Assembly: GCF_006345805.1 (NCBI RefSeq) | Contig: NC_043014.1 | Location: 38,688,001 to 38,752,000, forward strand | Origin: Octopus sinensis | Taxonomy: Eukaryota | Length of the DNA: 64,000 nt | Reading direction: 5' to 3' | Shown here: positions 26,468 through 41,375 of the stretch, in pieces | How the letters are laid out: each line of letters begins with the position of its first letter | Position numbering within the stretch: position 1 is the stretch's first letter | Notes under the pieces: model-generated | The model's input: the letters and a program-made list of their open reading frames with translations, nothing else | Database searches by the model: none | Told to the model about the DNA's origin: nothing | Program-made: the position numbers and the translations under genes

Positions 26468-27359
26468 AGCATATATATATATATATAAGTGCTGGTGCCA
26501 TGTAAAAGTGGTCGTGCAGTGCCACTCAACACACTCTATAAAGTGGTTGGTGTTAGGGAGAACATCCAACTGTAGAAACCATGACCAGTCACACTGGATT
26601 CTGGTGCAGCTTGCCAGCTCTGGCCAACCATCCGACCCATGCCAACATGAACAAAGTATGTTAAATGATGACGATGATATATACTATGCCTGAAAATACA
26701 ATATGGGATGGTCACAGCCGGAATGCTTTTGATCAAAGCTCTGCTGATCAGAGCTGGCCTAGAGTTAAACAACAACTCCAACTTGATCCAGATGGGATTT
26801 GAAACACAGAAAAAAACACAGAACATAAAAGAACACATCTAAATACTGCTAAGGTATATATATATGTACACTACTCTACTAGCAGCAGTAGGTTATTAAA
26901 ACTTATTTTTTGAAGTCAAAAAGGATAAGCTAATCTTGCAAAGGATAAATATCAAAGTCATCCTGGGTGGTATTTCTAAAATAGATATCACAAATCAACT
27001 GGTAACTAGTCTTTTCTCTTATCTTATTGGCCCTCCAGAGAGATAGAGGATAGCTCACAGGAGAATTTGAACTCAGAAAATTTGAGGCACTGAACTTGAA
27101 CTAGATAGCATAAAGTAACTAACCTGACTTATTTTGCCGATTGATTCTCCTGAGGAATGAAAGATAATATAAGACCTCAATGCAAAACTACTAGAACAGT
27201 ATGTTAACAGCAACACTACTTATGACTATGACAGTATGTAATGACTACACTACTTCATGTAGCCTAGAAGCAACACAGCATTAATATTTAACTTGAACTC
27301 AGCTTATGTATATGTACATCGTAAGTTCAAATACTACTAGAGTCACTGTTGTATCTATC

Positions 27360-27900
27360 ATCATTATCGTTGTCGTTTGACATCTGCTTTCGATGCTAGC
27401 ATCAGCGGTACAGTTTGACTGAGGGCTGGCAAGCCAGAAGGCTGCACCAGGCTCCAGTCTTGATCTGGCAAAGTTTCTACAGCTGGATACCCTTCCTAAC
27501 GCCAACCACTCCGAGAGTGTAGTGGGTGGTTTTTATGTGCTACCAGCACGAGGGCCAGTAAAGCAGCACTGGCATCGTCCATGCTCAAATGGTGCTTTTT
27601 ATGTGCCACTGGCATGGGAGCCAGTCAGGCGGCACTGGCATCAACCATGCTCAAACGGTGTTTTTTATGTGCCACCAGTATGGGAGCTAGTCAGGCGGCA
27701 CAGGCAACGACCATGCTCGAATGGTGCTTTTTACATGTGACCAGCACAGGAGCCAGTCATGCGGCACTGGCATCAACCATGCTTGAATGGTGCTCTTTAG
27801 AACGATGACTTCACTTGACTCAAAAGGTCTTCGCAAGCGCAGTTTATTGCCCAATGATTGAAGGGTACTCTTAAAAGGGCTGGTTATACTGCACTGGCAT
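27360..27900 (-). mobile_element. RTE 3' UTR-type element with 4-5 tandem ~55 bp units; related copies at 241-478, 29880-30070, 33945-34250, 35635-35920, 44783-45245, 49720-49962
   Basis: Shares GGCGTTAGGAAGGGCATCCAGC...GATGATG and the tandem GGTGGCACGTAAAAAGCACC units with 7217-7560. Confidence 0.8.
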
Positions 27901-28136
27901 AAAATAAAATTCTAGATGAATTAAGAGAATCATTAATAGGTGAAGGCATGGTTGTGTGGTAAGAAGTTTGCTTTCTAACAAGGTTTTTAGATGTAATCCC
28001 ACTGCATGGTGCCTTGTGAGTGAATTTGGTAGATGGAAGCAAAAAGAAGACTAGGGTCAATGTAATTGACCAGCCCACTCTCAATTTCAGGCCTTGTGCC
28101 TATAGTAGAAAAGCCAGCAAGCTAGCAGAATCATTA

Positions 28137-28530
28137 GGCACAGAAGTGGCTGTGTGGTAAGTAGCTTGCTTGCTAATCACATGGTTCCGGGTTCAGTCCC
28201 ACTGCATGGCACCTTGGGCAAGTGTCTTCTACTATAGCCTTGGGCCGACCAAAGCCTTGAGTGGATTTGATAGATGGAAACTGAAAGAAGCCCATCCTAT
28301 ATATCTAGATATAAATGTGTGTGTGTGTGTCTGTGTTTGTCCCACCCAACATCACTTGACGACCAACGCTGGTGTGTTTACGTCCCTGTAACTTAGTGGT
28401 TTGGCAAAAGAGACCGATAATAGAATAAGTACTAGGCTTACAAAGAATAAGTCCTGGGGTCCATTTGCTTGACTAAATGCGGTGCTCTAGCATGGCCACA
28501 GTCAAATGACTGAAACACGTAAAAGAGAGT
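28137..28530 (+). mobile_element. SINE family A copy
   Basis: Homology to 3513-3980. Confidence 0.88.
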
Positions 28531-28899
28531 ATGCTAGGCGAAATGCTTAGTGGTATTTCTCCTGTAGCTACATTCTGAGTTCAAGTTCCGCCGAGGTTGA
28601 CTTTGCCTTTCATCCTTTCAGGGTCAGTAAATTAAGTACCAGTTGAGTACTGGTGGAGGTCGATGTAATCAACTTAATCCCTCCCACCAAATTTCATTAA
28701 ATCGGTGAGCTGACAAAGTCATTAGCATGTCAGGTAAAATGCTTAGCGACATTTCATCTGTTTTTACATTCTGAGTTCAAATTCTGTCACAGTCAACTTT
28801 GCCTTTCATCCTTTCAGGGTTGAACACGAGGATCGATGTAATCAACTTACCCCCTCCCCCGAAATTACTGGTTCTGTGCCAAAATTTCAAACTATCATC

Positions 28900-28936
<37 letters not shown>

Positions 28937-29074
28937 GCAGTGTGTCACTGATTTGTTGTTTTCACTTTCCTGGCAATAACAGCTGTTAAATCCACCCCAG
29001 GCCTTCATTTAACCGAAGGTAAGCTTCATAGGGTAAAACCCCAAATGAGTTGTTATTTTTACATTTGGATATAG

Positions 29075-29115
<41 letters not shown>

Positions 29116-29835
29116 TGTGTAGTTAAGTGTACATGTATCTGTGTGTTATGTTTAATTGTATGTGTTTGATAGCATATGTGTATTTGTGTATCTCTAAATG
29201 TATTAGCATATTCATTTGTTTGTGTGTAAATGTGAGTCAATGTATATCTAAGTGTGTCTATATGTAGCTCAGCAAGTGTATGTGTGTTTCTGAGTATCTC
29301 TAAATATGTGCACTGGAGTATATTTAAAAGTGTCTAAATACAGCCAAGTGTATATACATCTATTTGTATATATATGTGTGCATATGAGAGTGTATCTCAT
29401 ATCCATGTGTACATCTAAGTGTGAACCAACCTCAACACTCCATAGTATTACATTAGCCAAATACAACAGAAAACCTGCAGTCAGATATCCATTCACAAAC
29501 ATGTATAGATGCAGGTATCGCTGTGTGGTTAAGAAGTTTAGTTCCTAACACCATGTATGAGCATTGAACTTTTGCTGAATGACCTGCACAAGTTATTTCT
29601 TTATAGTGATCAAATGCTTGTGCCGCACATTAGCTCCCTCTCTCCATCAAAATCCATATTGTCTGAACAGATGCACCGTGCACCATGAGTCAGGTGTCAA
29701 CGTGATCGCAGAGCAATGCAAGATGAAGTGTTTTGCTCAAGAACACAACACACCACCCAGTCTAGGAATTGAAATCACGATCTAGCAATTGTGAGTACAA
29801 CACTGACTACTAAGTGATGCACCTTCATACATATA

Positions 29836-29873
<38 letters not shown>

Positions 29874-30253
29874 CTATTTGGGCATGGCTGTTGCCAGTAC
29901 CACCTGACTGGCCCTCATCCCTCTCGGAGTGGTTGACGCTAGGAAGGGCATCCAGCTGTAGAAACTCTGCTAGATCAGGATTGGAGCCTGGTGCAACCAT
30001 CTGGTTTGCCAGTCCTCAGTCAAATCGTCCAACCCATGCTAGCATGGAAAGCGGATGTTAAATGATGATGAAAATATATATAAAAACACACACACAATTA
30101 AGGATAAAATCATTATAAAAATAACGATCTTATCAGTGGCCAGTATGTAATAAAAACCATATAGGTAAGAATTAATACAGATATATAATTATATATCTGT
30201 ATTAATTTTTGTGAGCACAAAAAAAACAAAAAAGGCGCTGTGAAACATATCTC

Positions 30254-30618
30254 CCTTTTACTTGTTTCAGTCATTTGACTGTGGCCATGCTGGAGCACCG
30301 CCTTTAATCGAGCAACTTGACCCCGGGACTTATTCTTTTTTGTAAGCCCAGTACTTATTCTATCGGTCTCTTTTGCCGAACCGCTAAGTGACGGGGACAT
30401 AAACACACCAGCATTGATTGTCAAGTAATGCTAGGGGGACAAACACAGACACACAAACACACACACGCATACATACATATACATATATACGACGGGCTTC
30501 TTTCAATTTCCGTCTACCAAATCCACTCAGAAGGCTTTGGTCGGCCCGAGGCTATAGTAAAAGACACTTGCCCAAGGTGCCACGCAGTGGGACTGAACCC
30601 AGAACCATGTGGTAGGTA
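30254..30618 (-). mobile_element. SINE family A copy, 5' truncated
   Basis: Homology to 3513-3980. Confidence 0.88.
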
Positions 30619-30636
30619 GATGATGATGATGATAAA

Positions 30637-30769
30637 GGGAAAGTTTACGAAAATAAACAAAAGACGAAGGCAGGTGGTGTACAAACAAACAGATGTATTA
30701 GTATAACGCTCAGGAATAGAAAAAGTCTTTTACATTTCGAGCCTACGCTCTTCTACAGAAAGGTACATA

Positions 30770-30770
<1 letters not shown>
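30637..30770 (-). mobile_element. Penelope-like pLTR fragment, family H3, with hammerhead-like motif at about 30725-30765
   Basis: Minus strand reads CTTT CTGTAGA A GAGC GTAG GCTC GAAA TG TA AAAG. It abuts (TA)n; homologue at 51085-51252. Confidence 0.6.
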
Positions 30771-30831
<61 letters not shown>

Positions 30832-30919
30832 TATATATATACATATATATACATATATATATATGTATTTACAATTAAAGGAAATGAACTGAGAGAAATT
30901 ATCATGTTGCAGGACTTAC

Positions 30920-31127
30920 TTATAAGGTGCCAGATAAAATGCTTTTTAACAGTATATAAATTTGAGTTATAATACCAACATGAATATTCTGAGAAAAGTA
31001 CTCCATTAGATATAGAACAGCAGGAATGGGGATAAGGCCAACTAATGTTGGAGTAGCAGAAATGAGAAGTTAGAAATAATTTAGACCTCTGTACATCAAA
31101 TAAGAAAGAATGCAAAGAGGTGTACTG
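30920..31127 (-). other. Candidate spliced exon of an unidentified minus-strand host transcript
   Basis: Long T-tract then CACAG|CAG (NAGNAG) acceptor and AA|GTAAGT donor around 208 nt of unique sequence. One frame is open but has no recognisable homology. Confidence 0.35.
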
Positions 31128-31349
31128 CTGTGAAAAAAAAAAAAAAAAGGAAGCAAACAAAATCTATTCAACCCTTATTTGGGAAAGTAAAGTTTTTAAA
31201 AAAAAAAAGAACAAAAAAAATACAGGTGAACAACAACATTCTTCACCACTGATGATATTGATTTATTAGTTCTGTTAAACTTAATGGAGAACAGATAGAG
31301 AGAGAAAACAATGATGATGTTGAAGGTGGTGGTGGTGGTGATGATGAAA

Positions 31350-31380
<31 letters not shown>

Positions 31381-33288
31381 CAATGATGATGATGCTGATT
31401 GTGATGAGGACTCAAATTTCAACCAGTTGTAAGTGAATGCTACAAGGAAGCTACCTCCTCTGAGAAATAACAGCAGGCAAACATCAATATGTATTGGAAA
31501 ATGTAACAAATATTGATCTTTTATTTTATTTGCCTGTTTAGAATGTTATTTAATGTTTTATGCTTCAATTTGCGTTGTTTATGAGGTAGCGGGGAGAGAG
31601 AGAAACATCAGACTATAAACCCAGGTGAGAATATTACCATTCCATCTCTGAAAAAAGTTTTTGGGGTGGTTTGATGAGAAAAACCAAAATATAGTTCAAT
31701 AAAGCTCTATTTAGGTTAGGTTTGGTTTAGGTTGCTGTTATTGTTGAGCACCGCATAAACACTAAACTGGTGGTAGACAAAATTACTCTGCAGCATTTGT
31801 CCCACCTCTTTAGGTTTCGAGTTCAAATCCTACCAAGGTTAATTTTGGTTTTCATCCTTTCTGGAGACCACAGAAAAATAACAATGATCTTTTATTTACA
31901 TAAGCGCAAGAGTGGATGTGAGGTAAGTAGCTTGCTTACCAACCACATGGTTCCGGGTTCAGACACACTGCGTGATACCTTGGGCAAGTGTCTTCTACCA
32001 GTATGGAAAACGATGCTAAATGATGATGGTTATATAAGTCCACTTTGCTGGGAGTCCTTTCTGCTAGGGGGTTGGCATTAGGAAGGGCATCAAGTTGTAA
32101 AAACCCTGCCAAAACAGACACAAAAGTCTGGTGCAGGCCTAGCCAGCTCCTGTCAAACTGTCCAACCCATGCCAGCATGGGAGCATGCCAGCATTAAACA
32201 ATGATGATGACATACGCACACACATATATATACATGCATACATACATGGGGCTTCCACACAGTTTCCATCAACCAAATTCACTCACAAGACACTCGTCAG
32301 CCTGGGGCCATAGCAGAAGACATTGGGATTGAACCTGAAACTTCATGGTTGCAAAACAAGCTTCTTGACCACAAAACCATACACGCATCTATGAAAAATA
32401 GAGGAGGAAAAAATGTTTTTGTTTTTATTTCCACAACTACAACACCTTTTATTGTGGTTCTGTCAATCAGGATTGGCCTTGGGATGAAGAATAACAAACA
32501 TTAGGGGAAAAAAATAATAGCTTTAATAATATGATGAAAGAGATAAGTTAGTCATTATTAATTAATAACACGCACTGACTAATCAACATAATTATGTCGG
32601 CATTTTTCTCAGGTAACACCTGAATGTGTTTTAGTTTGTAAATAACAATTTCCTACATTAGACATATTTGCTGCTGCTGTTGTTTAACCCAAGGTCAATG
32701 TTGATCAAGCAAACCTTTGATCAAAAGTATTCCAGCCATGACCATCCGTTTGGTTTTGTTTTTTGATTTTTTTTTTCTTTACAAGTACAGGCTGTCTGGC
32801 TATCTAAGACCACACGTGCTTAATCATCATCATCATCAACCAGTATCCACTTTTCCATGCTTGCATGGTTTAAGCAGAATTTGTTAAGGCAGATTTGTCT
32901 ATGGCTGGATGCCTTTCCTCTCACTAACCCTTGCCTGTTTTCAAGTAAGGTAATATTTCTCCGTAGCAAAACATGGTTTTCATAGAAGACTAGAAATGAG
33001 CAACACTGCATCCTCCTAATTTTTTTTTCTTTATTTTACTTTAAAATGATTTGAGTAAAATTTGGCTGTTATTTCTACCAAATGGAGCAAGCTATTAAAA
33101 GCTTCCTCAAAGACAGATAAAAATCAACTGAAGCATTCCCAGGGCATATCTATTATTTTATTGATCCCGAAGTGAGAGAGGAAAGTATAGTTGGCCTAGA
33201 GAAAGAAGAAAACCTAGTTGGCCTTTTATCTCAATATCATGGGTCAACCCTGAATACCATACAGCAGTGGACATCGCTTATCGCAATA

Positions 33289-33451
33289 GGCACAGGAGTA
33301 GCTGTGTGGTAAGTAGCTTGCTTACCAATCGCATGGTTCCAGGTTCAGTCCCACTGCATGGCACCTTGGGCAAGTGTCTTCTACTATAGCCTTGGGCCGA
33401 CCAAAGCCTTGTGAGTGGATTTGGTAGATGGAAACTGAAAGAAGCCCGTCA

Positions 33452-33484
<33 letters not shown>

Positions 33485-33687
33485 TTGTGTGTCTGTGTTT
33501 GTCCCCCCCAACATCGCTTGACAACCGATGCTGGTGTGTTTGCGTGCCCATAACTTAGCGGTTCGGCAAGAGAGACCAATAGAATAAGTACTAGGCTTAC
33601 AAAGAATAAGCCCTGGGGTTGATTTGCTCGACTAAAAGCGGTGCTCCAGCATGGCCGCAGTCAAATGACTGAAATAAATAAAAGAAT
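33289..33687 (+). mobile_element. SINE family A copy
   Basis: Homology to 3513-3980. Confidence 0.9.
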
Positions 33688-34531
33688 GTATTCACATTGT
33701 TTTGAGTTAATCATGCATTATCTTGCAGTTTTTGAGATTCTGATGATGTGATTGTTTATTTTTAGGTGTTTTTGCTCAATAAACACACACAATACCCGGT
33801 GTGGGAATTGAAACCGCGATTTTCCGACCGCAAGTCCGCTGTCCTAACCACTGGGCCATTGCGCCTCCACACCACACATTGATACTGAATTCAAAACCAT
33901 ATGATTGCAAAGCAAACTTTTAAATCACACAACTTGTAGCTGTGATACCAGTGCTGGTGGCACATAAGAGAACCATCCAAATGTGGCCATTGCCAGTGCT
34001 GCTCTGACTGGCTTCCGTGCCGGTGGCACGTAAAAAGCACCATCCGATCATGGCCGTTTGCCAGCCTCATCTGGCATGTAAAAAGCACCCACTACACTCA
34101 TGGAGTGGTTGGCGTTAGGAAGGGCATCCAGCCGTAGAAACACTGCCAGATCAGACTGGGCCTGGTGCAGCCTTCTGGCTTCCCAGACCCCAGTTGCACC
34201 GCCCAACCCATGCCAGCATGGAAAGCGGACACTAAACGATGATGATGATGACAACTATGCTTGTACTTAAATATGCTTAAATATGATAAATTTGAAACTT
34301 CATGCTGAAATAAATAGCCTTGATAGATATTTATTAATTTTAATAAGTATCTAGCGATTAATCTTTTAATCTTTTGAATTAGCAGAAACAAACTGATAAC
34401 TGGCAAGATATGAAAATTCTTATGATGGACTAGAAAAAAAGTTTCAACTGCAAGCAAATACAAATTGTATCACTAACTTAATAAGTGATGACGAATCCAC
34501 TCCTCCTCCTCATCATCATCATCAGCATCTG

Positions 34532-34945
34532 TTTCTTTATTACCCACAAGGGGCTAAACACAGAGGGGACAAACAAGGACAGACAAACGGATTAAGTCGA
34601 TTATATCGACCCCAATGCGTAACTGGTACTTAATTTATTGACCCCGAAAGGATGAAAGGCAAAGTGGACCTCGGCGGAATTTGAACTCAGAACGTAACGG
34701 CAGGCGAAATACGTATTTCTTTATTACCCACAAGGGGCTAAACACAGAGGGGACAAACAAGGACAGACAAACGGATTAAGTTGATTATATCGACCCCAAT
34801 GCGTAACTGGTACTTAATTTATTGACCCCGAAAGGATGAAAGGCAAAGTCGACCTCAGCAGAATTTGAACTCAGAACGTAGCAGCAGACGAAATATGGCT
34901 ACGCATTTCGCCCGGCGTGCTAACGGTTCTGCCAGCTCGCCGCCT
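34532..34945 (-). mobile_element. Head-to-tail dimer of SINE family B
   Basis: Two near-identical units with a junction near 34710. Confidence 0.88.
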
Positions 34946-35921
34946 TTCATCATCACCACCACCACCAACACCACCATCACTATCATCATCATCATCATCA
35001 ATTAACATCCGTTTTCCATGCTGGCATGGGTTGGATGGCTTGACAGAAACTGGCAGGCCAAGAGCCACACCAGGTCCTACAGTCTGTTTTGGTTTGAGTT
35101 CTGCAGCTGGATGCCCTTCCTAAAACCAACCACACTACAGAGTGTACTGGATGCTTTTTACATGGCACCATCACCAGTGCTTTCTACATGGCACCCTAAT
35201 TTTAGGTTTCAATTCTCTTGTGATGAATGGGTCTTCTTCAGTACAGCAATGCACCACATCTCTTGGTCCTCTGTCATATAGATCAGACAGAATTCATTGA
35301 GGCTGATTTTCTACAGTGAGATGCCCTTCCTGTGACCAGCCTTCACCTGTTTCCAAGCAAGCTAATATTTCCTCATGACCAGAAATGTTTCCATGAAAGA
35401 TTGGAAATGAAGGACACTGCTTGGATGATGGTGATGCTCAAATAATTATCACACAATCTCAAGACAAGTAGGCACACACATACACCATTTAATGTCCATG
35501 TTCCATGCTAGCATGGGCTGGACAGTTTGATAAGAAATGATGTCCCAAAGGACTGCACTGAGCACCAGTGTCTGCTTTGGCATGGTTTCTATAGCTGGGT
35601 GCCCTTCCAAATGCCAACCAGTGTGTGTGTGTATCATCATCGTTTGACGTCCGTTTTCCATGCTAGCATGGGTTGGATGGTTCAACCGGAGTCTGGGAAG
35701 CCAGGAGGCTGCACCAAGCTCCAGTCTGATCTGGCAGTGTTTCTACAGCCTGATGCCCTTTCTAATGCCAACCACTCCATGAGTGTAGTGGGCACTTTTC
35801 ACGTGCCACCGGCACAGGGGCCAGAAGGGGCTGGCAACTTCCACGATCAGTTAGTGCCTTTTATGTGCCACCAGGACGGATGCCAGTCAAGGCGGCTCTG
35901 GCATCGGCCACATTCGGATGG

Positions 35922-35955
<34 letters not shown>

Positions 35956-36945
35956 TATATTTACACACAAACACACATACATTCACAACAAGCTTCTTTC
36001 AGTTTTCATCTACCAAATCCACTCACAAGGCTTTGTTCAACCCAGGGCTATAGTAGAAGACACTTGCCCAAGGTGCCACGCAGAGGCACTGAACCCAAAA
36101 ACCACTTGGTTTGGGAAGCAAACTTCACAACCCCACAGCCACTCCTGCAACAAAAACAACAAAATTTACAAACAAAAAATTCCTAAAAATTTAGTAAACA
36201 ATTTATTTGAGGTTAACGAATTAAAAGGATAAAATCTTATGCCTTTGCTTTCATAAACAATATGCACACACACATACATTAATGGGATTGCTAATGGGAT
36301 TTAGATTGGAATTAAATCAAAAGTCCTGGAAAACTCATTAATTTCTTACAGGACTATAATCATAACCTCAACTTTGAAGAAATCTTCTTGCAAGAATTCA
36401 CCTAACAAGTTTGTTATATTTAATCTCTCATCTTCTTATTATCGCCAATATTCCAACAAGACAGCAACCAGATAAAGAATTTATAAATGAAACATTAAAG
36501 ACAAGAATATTTATATATTTCTTCAAATGGTTAATACAACAAATAGATGGAACCATTTGCTTGTGATGCAAATTATAAGTGATGGATTTCACCTTAGCCT
36601 TTGGTTAGTTAGTACCTGATCTAATGTACTGCCTCAACTCTTTTCTATCATATCATCTTGTAGCCTGTTTCCAAACCACCAAGTAACATCCATTCAGGCT
36701 ATCTGTTTATACAATACAGTCTCTTTTCTTGTGCATAATAAACCTATATATGCCTTTCATACACAGTATGTAACTGTAAAAGAGGTCTTCTAGTCTTCGT
36801 TAAGACATCTATCCAAAAGAAGGAGATTTCAAATTAACATTAGTCTCATTGCAAAGCTGGAGGTCTTGTTTGTTTCTGGATTATTTGTCTTTGTAGTTGA
36901 TAGTCTTAGCAGTTTTGTGCAAGCCATTATTTACTTTAACTTTCA

Positions 36946-37395
36946 TATTTCTTTATTGCCCACAAGGGGTTAAACACAGAGGGGACAAACAAGGACAGAC
37001 AAACAGATTAAGTCGATTACATCGACACCCAGTGTATAACTGGTACTGAATTTATCGACCCCAAAAGGATGAAAGGCAAAGTCAACTTCAGTGGATTTTG
37101 AACTCAGAATGTAGCGGCAGATGAAATACCACTAAGCATTTCGTCCGGTGTGCTAACGTTTCTTATTTCTTTATTGCCCACAAGGGGTTAAACATAGAGG
37201 GGACAAACAAGGATAGACAAGCGGATTAAGTCGATTACATCAACCCCACTGCGTAACTGGTACTTAATTTATCGACCTCGAAAGGATGAAAGGCAAAGTC
37301 AACCTCAGCGGAATTTGAACTCACAACGTAACGGCAGATAAAATACCACTAAGCATTTCGTCCAGCATGCTCACGTTTCTGCCAGCTTGCCACCT
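36946..37395 (-). mobile_element. Head-to-tail dimer of SINE family B
   Basis: Two units with a junction near 37160; TTTACTTTAACTTTCA is repeated on both flanks. Confidence 0.85.
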
Positions 37396-38130
37396 TCAAA
37401 TTTACTTTAACTTTCAGTATAGATATTTATAATAGCCATTGTCTTTAATATCTAGGATAAGAGAATTTTCTAGTGCTGCTCATATTCGTCAACAAGTTGA
37501 CAGCCATCATGTATGTATGTATGTTTTCTTTGAGATTCATTTAAGTTATCCTTCATGGAGTTCAAGCCAGTGACAAGGTTCTTTGAGTTAAGACAGTTCC
37601 TGGGATTTGTAAATATGTGGTTGAGCTAATCAATATCTATAAAGCTGAAATGTGAAAAAGTTGCTTGATTTCTTGGTTATTTGTCTCATTTTGGAATGGG
37701 AACGCTTTAAGGGACGGTAGATGGGGTCAGATTGGCACCCAAATTTACACGGGGGGGGGGGTTAAAATAGGGTGGCCAATGGTGTGAGGAGGGTTGCAAG
37801 TCGCTCGGGGCTACCGTTTGATTGCCATGGTGAGGAATATGGGAAAAGGAGAAAAGAAAGAGTGGAAGAAGAGAAAGAAGAAAAAGAAGATAAAGACGAG
37901 GAAAAAATAAGAAAAAGAAAAAGAAGAGGGCAATAAAAAGAACCAGGCAAAGACGACGAACAAAAGAAGAAAAAAGGGAAAAGGAGACAACACACACAAA
38001 ACAACACCACCACCAAAACCCGAGCAAGGCACAGGTCAAAATAGCTAGTGTGTGCATAAATGTAAATGTATGCACCTGTACTTATGTCTTCTGTGAACAG
38101 GTCTCTTTAGTACTTAGGTGTTTGTGCATA

Positions 38131-38642
38131 CAGTAAATCCTCAAGTATAATCCACAATTTTTTTCCCAAAATTTAAAGGTCAAAATCCCAAGTGCGTACT
38201 ATATACGAGGTTAAAAATGAAAAATATTTTCTAAGCAATGCCGAGTCACTATTTCCTGTCTGGGTATGTTTAGTCAGACGCATTTTGTGATGTCGGGCAC
38301 GAAAATACCTTAAGCTAAGCCTGAAAGCAATGAAGTCATAAAAGGATCGTCCATAACTTGCAATAAGCAACATTTATTAAACGTTATTACTGTTATTTCT
38401 TTATTTTCTGCAAACAAAATGCACAAAAAAGCTACACATTTGCATTATATTATATATACAATAATAATAAAGGACATTACCGTATACATTTTTACAAACC
38501 AAGGACGTTATATAGACCGCCTTGACTCAAGTTAAAGAAGGGGTGCGTATTATACACAAGGTTTAGGTTTTTCAGAGGTACAGCCCCCTAAAAATCCCTT
38601 GCGTATTATACACAAGGGCAGACTACACTCAAGGATTTATGG
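38131..38642. mobile_element. Tc1/mariner-pogo (Tigger-like) non-autonomous DNA transposon
   Basis: TA-CAGTAAATCCTCAAGTATAATC ... GACTACACTCAAGGATTTATGG-TA: imperfect TIRs, TA TSD, and subterminal TGCGTATTATACAC repeats. Confidence 0.8.
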
Positions 38643-39824
38643 TATGTACATTCTTCATTACTTTTTACATACATGCCTTTGTAGATGCACACAACAAAGT
38701 GTGCACATTTATTCACTTAAAGAATCTCAGATGGAAAATCTTTGGATTGTCTGGCAAATTTTTACTGTTCTGCTACTAGAGTGGAATTGGAGAATGAGTT
38801 ATTAGTGTCTTTTGTTCTTAGAAAATCCTAGCATTTCTAGGATTTTGTGCGAATGTGTAGTATTGTGTAGTATGTATGCATGTGTGTGTGTGTACATAGT
38901 ATGTGTAGACAAACATACATACAGTAGTTCCTTTATTTAATGTCAGGTCTGATCGTGCTAATAAGGGCTTGACAGTGACTTCTGAGGTAGGATTCTACAG
39001 TCAGATGTTCTTCTTGTCACCATCTTCCATTTTGCAAATAAGAAATGTCTTATTCTAAAGGTCTTTGAAAGAGCAGAGTGACCAGTCATAATGTCAACTG
39101 AGAATGTAAACATCATATCATTGGCAGTAACAAAAAAAAGGAGTGGGACATTAGTACACACACAAAGGCTTGCATGGCAGATTCCCACAATTTCCTTTTA
39201 CCAAATCTACCAACAAGACATGGATCAGCCCAGGGCAATTGTACAAGACACTTATTCAAGGTGCCATGCAGTGGGACTGAACCTCAAAACCACATGGTTG
39301 CAAAACACATTGCCGTGCTTCTAACTTTAGTTAATTTGTACAGTTGACTAATGGAGTTGGTATCAAGTTAATTAGGCAGAACAATCAAACAACATCTCTT
39401 TACCATAGATGAAAGCAATTTTTTTTCTAACAAAATATCACAAAACAAGTTCTACACTATTAGAAGGAGGAGCAGAAGGAGGTCAAGAATGAACCGCAAT
39501 AATCAGTTTTTTCAGTGTCAAATTCACACATACACACTAACATGATGGTCAAGTATGATCTTAACAGTGATGTCTAAAACAAACTAAAGAACTAACAATA
39601 ACTATACAAGACATCCTCTCTCATCTGCCTTGCAGAGGAATGAGGCCCAACTAACTGGTACTCTGTCAGTTACATATTTCTTTATTGCCCACAAGGGGCT
39701 AAACATAGAGGGGACAAACAAGGACAGACAAACGGATTAAGTCGATCACATTGACACCAGTGTGTAACTGGTACTTAATTTATTGACCCCGAAAGGATGA
39801 AAGGCAAAGTCGACCTTATTGTTT

Positions 39825-39984
39825 GCAAGCCTAGTACTTATTTCATCAGTCCCTTTTGCTGAACCACTAAGTTACGGGGACGTAAACACTCCAGCCTTGA
39901 TTGTCAAGCGATGCTGGGGACACACACACACACCACACACACCACACACACACATATATATATATCTATATATATATATATATA

Positions 39985-40039
<55 letters not shown>

Positions 40040-40202
40040 GACAGGCTTCTTTCAGTTTCTGTCTACCAAATCCACTTACAAGGCTTTGGTCGGGCCGAGG
40101 CTGTAGTAGAAGACACTTGCCCAAGGTGCCACACATTGGGACTGAACCCGGAACCATGTGATTGGTAAGCAAAGCTACTTACCACACAGCCACTCCTGCA
40201 CC
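39825..40202 (-). mobile_element. SINE family A copy
   Basis: Homology to 3513-3980. Confidence 0.85.
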
Positions 40203-40752
40203 TAAATGGAACTATATGGAACTATGTGGAACAAATACTCAAGACCGACATTCTCAGGGTTAAACAACAACAAACACAGACAAAATGAAAGAGAAGGAAA
40301 GGAAGTAGGTAACAAACGCACATAAAGCTGACACAAAGACTTATCACAGTAAAAACATATCAGAACAATCATATTTAGACAATATTTAAATGAACAACAG
40401 AGTAATTTCATTAATTAGACAGTCTAGTAACTGTGATTTTACTCACTCTATATACCAAGTCTATATGAATCATTTTATTAATTTTTAATTTTATTGTTGG
40501 TTTTTTTTTTTTCTTTTCACATAAAGTACCTTTGGTTATAACCAGGAAATGGTCCGATAAGACTGTTTATTCTAAATTTAATTTTCAAAAGCTCAAAAAA
40601 AAAAAAAATTTACTTAAAATTGATTGATTATTTATTTTGGTGATAAACTATATGAATTATAAATTTGAAATGAAGACTATCGTATTTAACAAATAACAAC
40701 AACAACAACAATAATGATGATGATGATCATGATGATGATGATGATGATGATG

Positions 40753-40786
<34 letters not shown>

Positions 40787-41338
40787 CATAAATAAAATCA
40801 TACCAGAACAATCATATTTTGGTGTGTAAGTGAGTAATTTGTTTTAATTACAGAGATTTTTTTGCTTATTGTTTTTGTTTTGTTCATTTAGTTGAAGGAT
40901 TTGGGGGTGGGGGGGGGGGGGGGGGCAGAAGTTGATAAAGCTCTTTTAGTAATATGGGGAAAGATCAGGAAGTGGTCTGATAAGGTTATTTATTCCAAAT
41001 CCAACTCATAAAAATTTGCTAGAATGATTATTTACTCCACTGATAAGCCTTCTTTCTCTCTCTCTCTCTGTATGTATATATATATACACACACACAAACA
41101 CACATACATATATAGACACACACACACACATACATACATACATGCATATATATATATGTGTGTATGTATATATATACATATATACACACACATTCACCCA
41201 TACATACAAATTATATATATATATATATACACACATATATTTACACACACACACACATAGACACATACACACAAATGCATATACAGATGCACATACATTC
41301 ACACATGTATGTGTGTGTGCTTTATCCTACAGTTGTAG

Positions 41339-41375
<37 letters not shown>

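Noticed and set aside
27520-27800. Regularly spaced repeats resembling a CRISPR array
   Set aside because: The units are wholly homologous with no unique spacers, lie in a LINE 3' UTR, and there are no cas genes in this eukaryotic context.
36240-36930. Unique stretch that might be an old transposon ORF or exon
   Set aside because: No open frame or recognisable motif was found by eye.
37707-38075. GC-richer patch with CCAAT motifs and a 122 aa ORF
   Set aside because: The ORF is driven by a purine-rich low-complexity tract, and short motifs alone do not support a promoter call.
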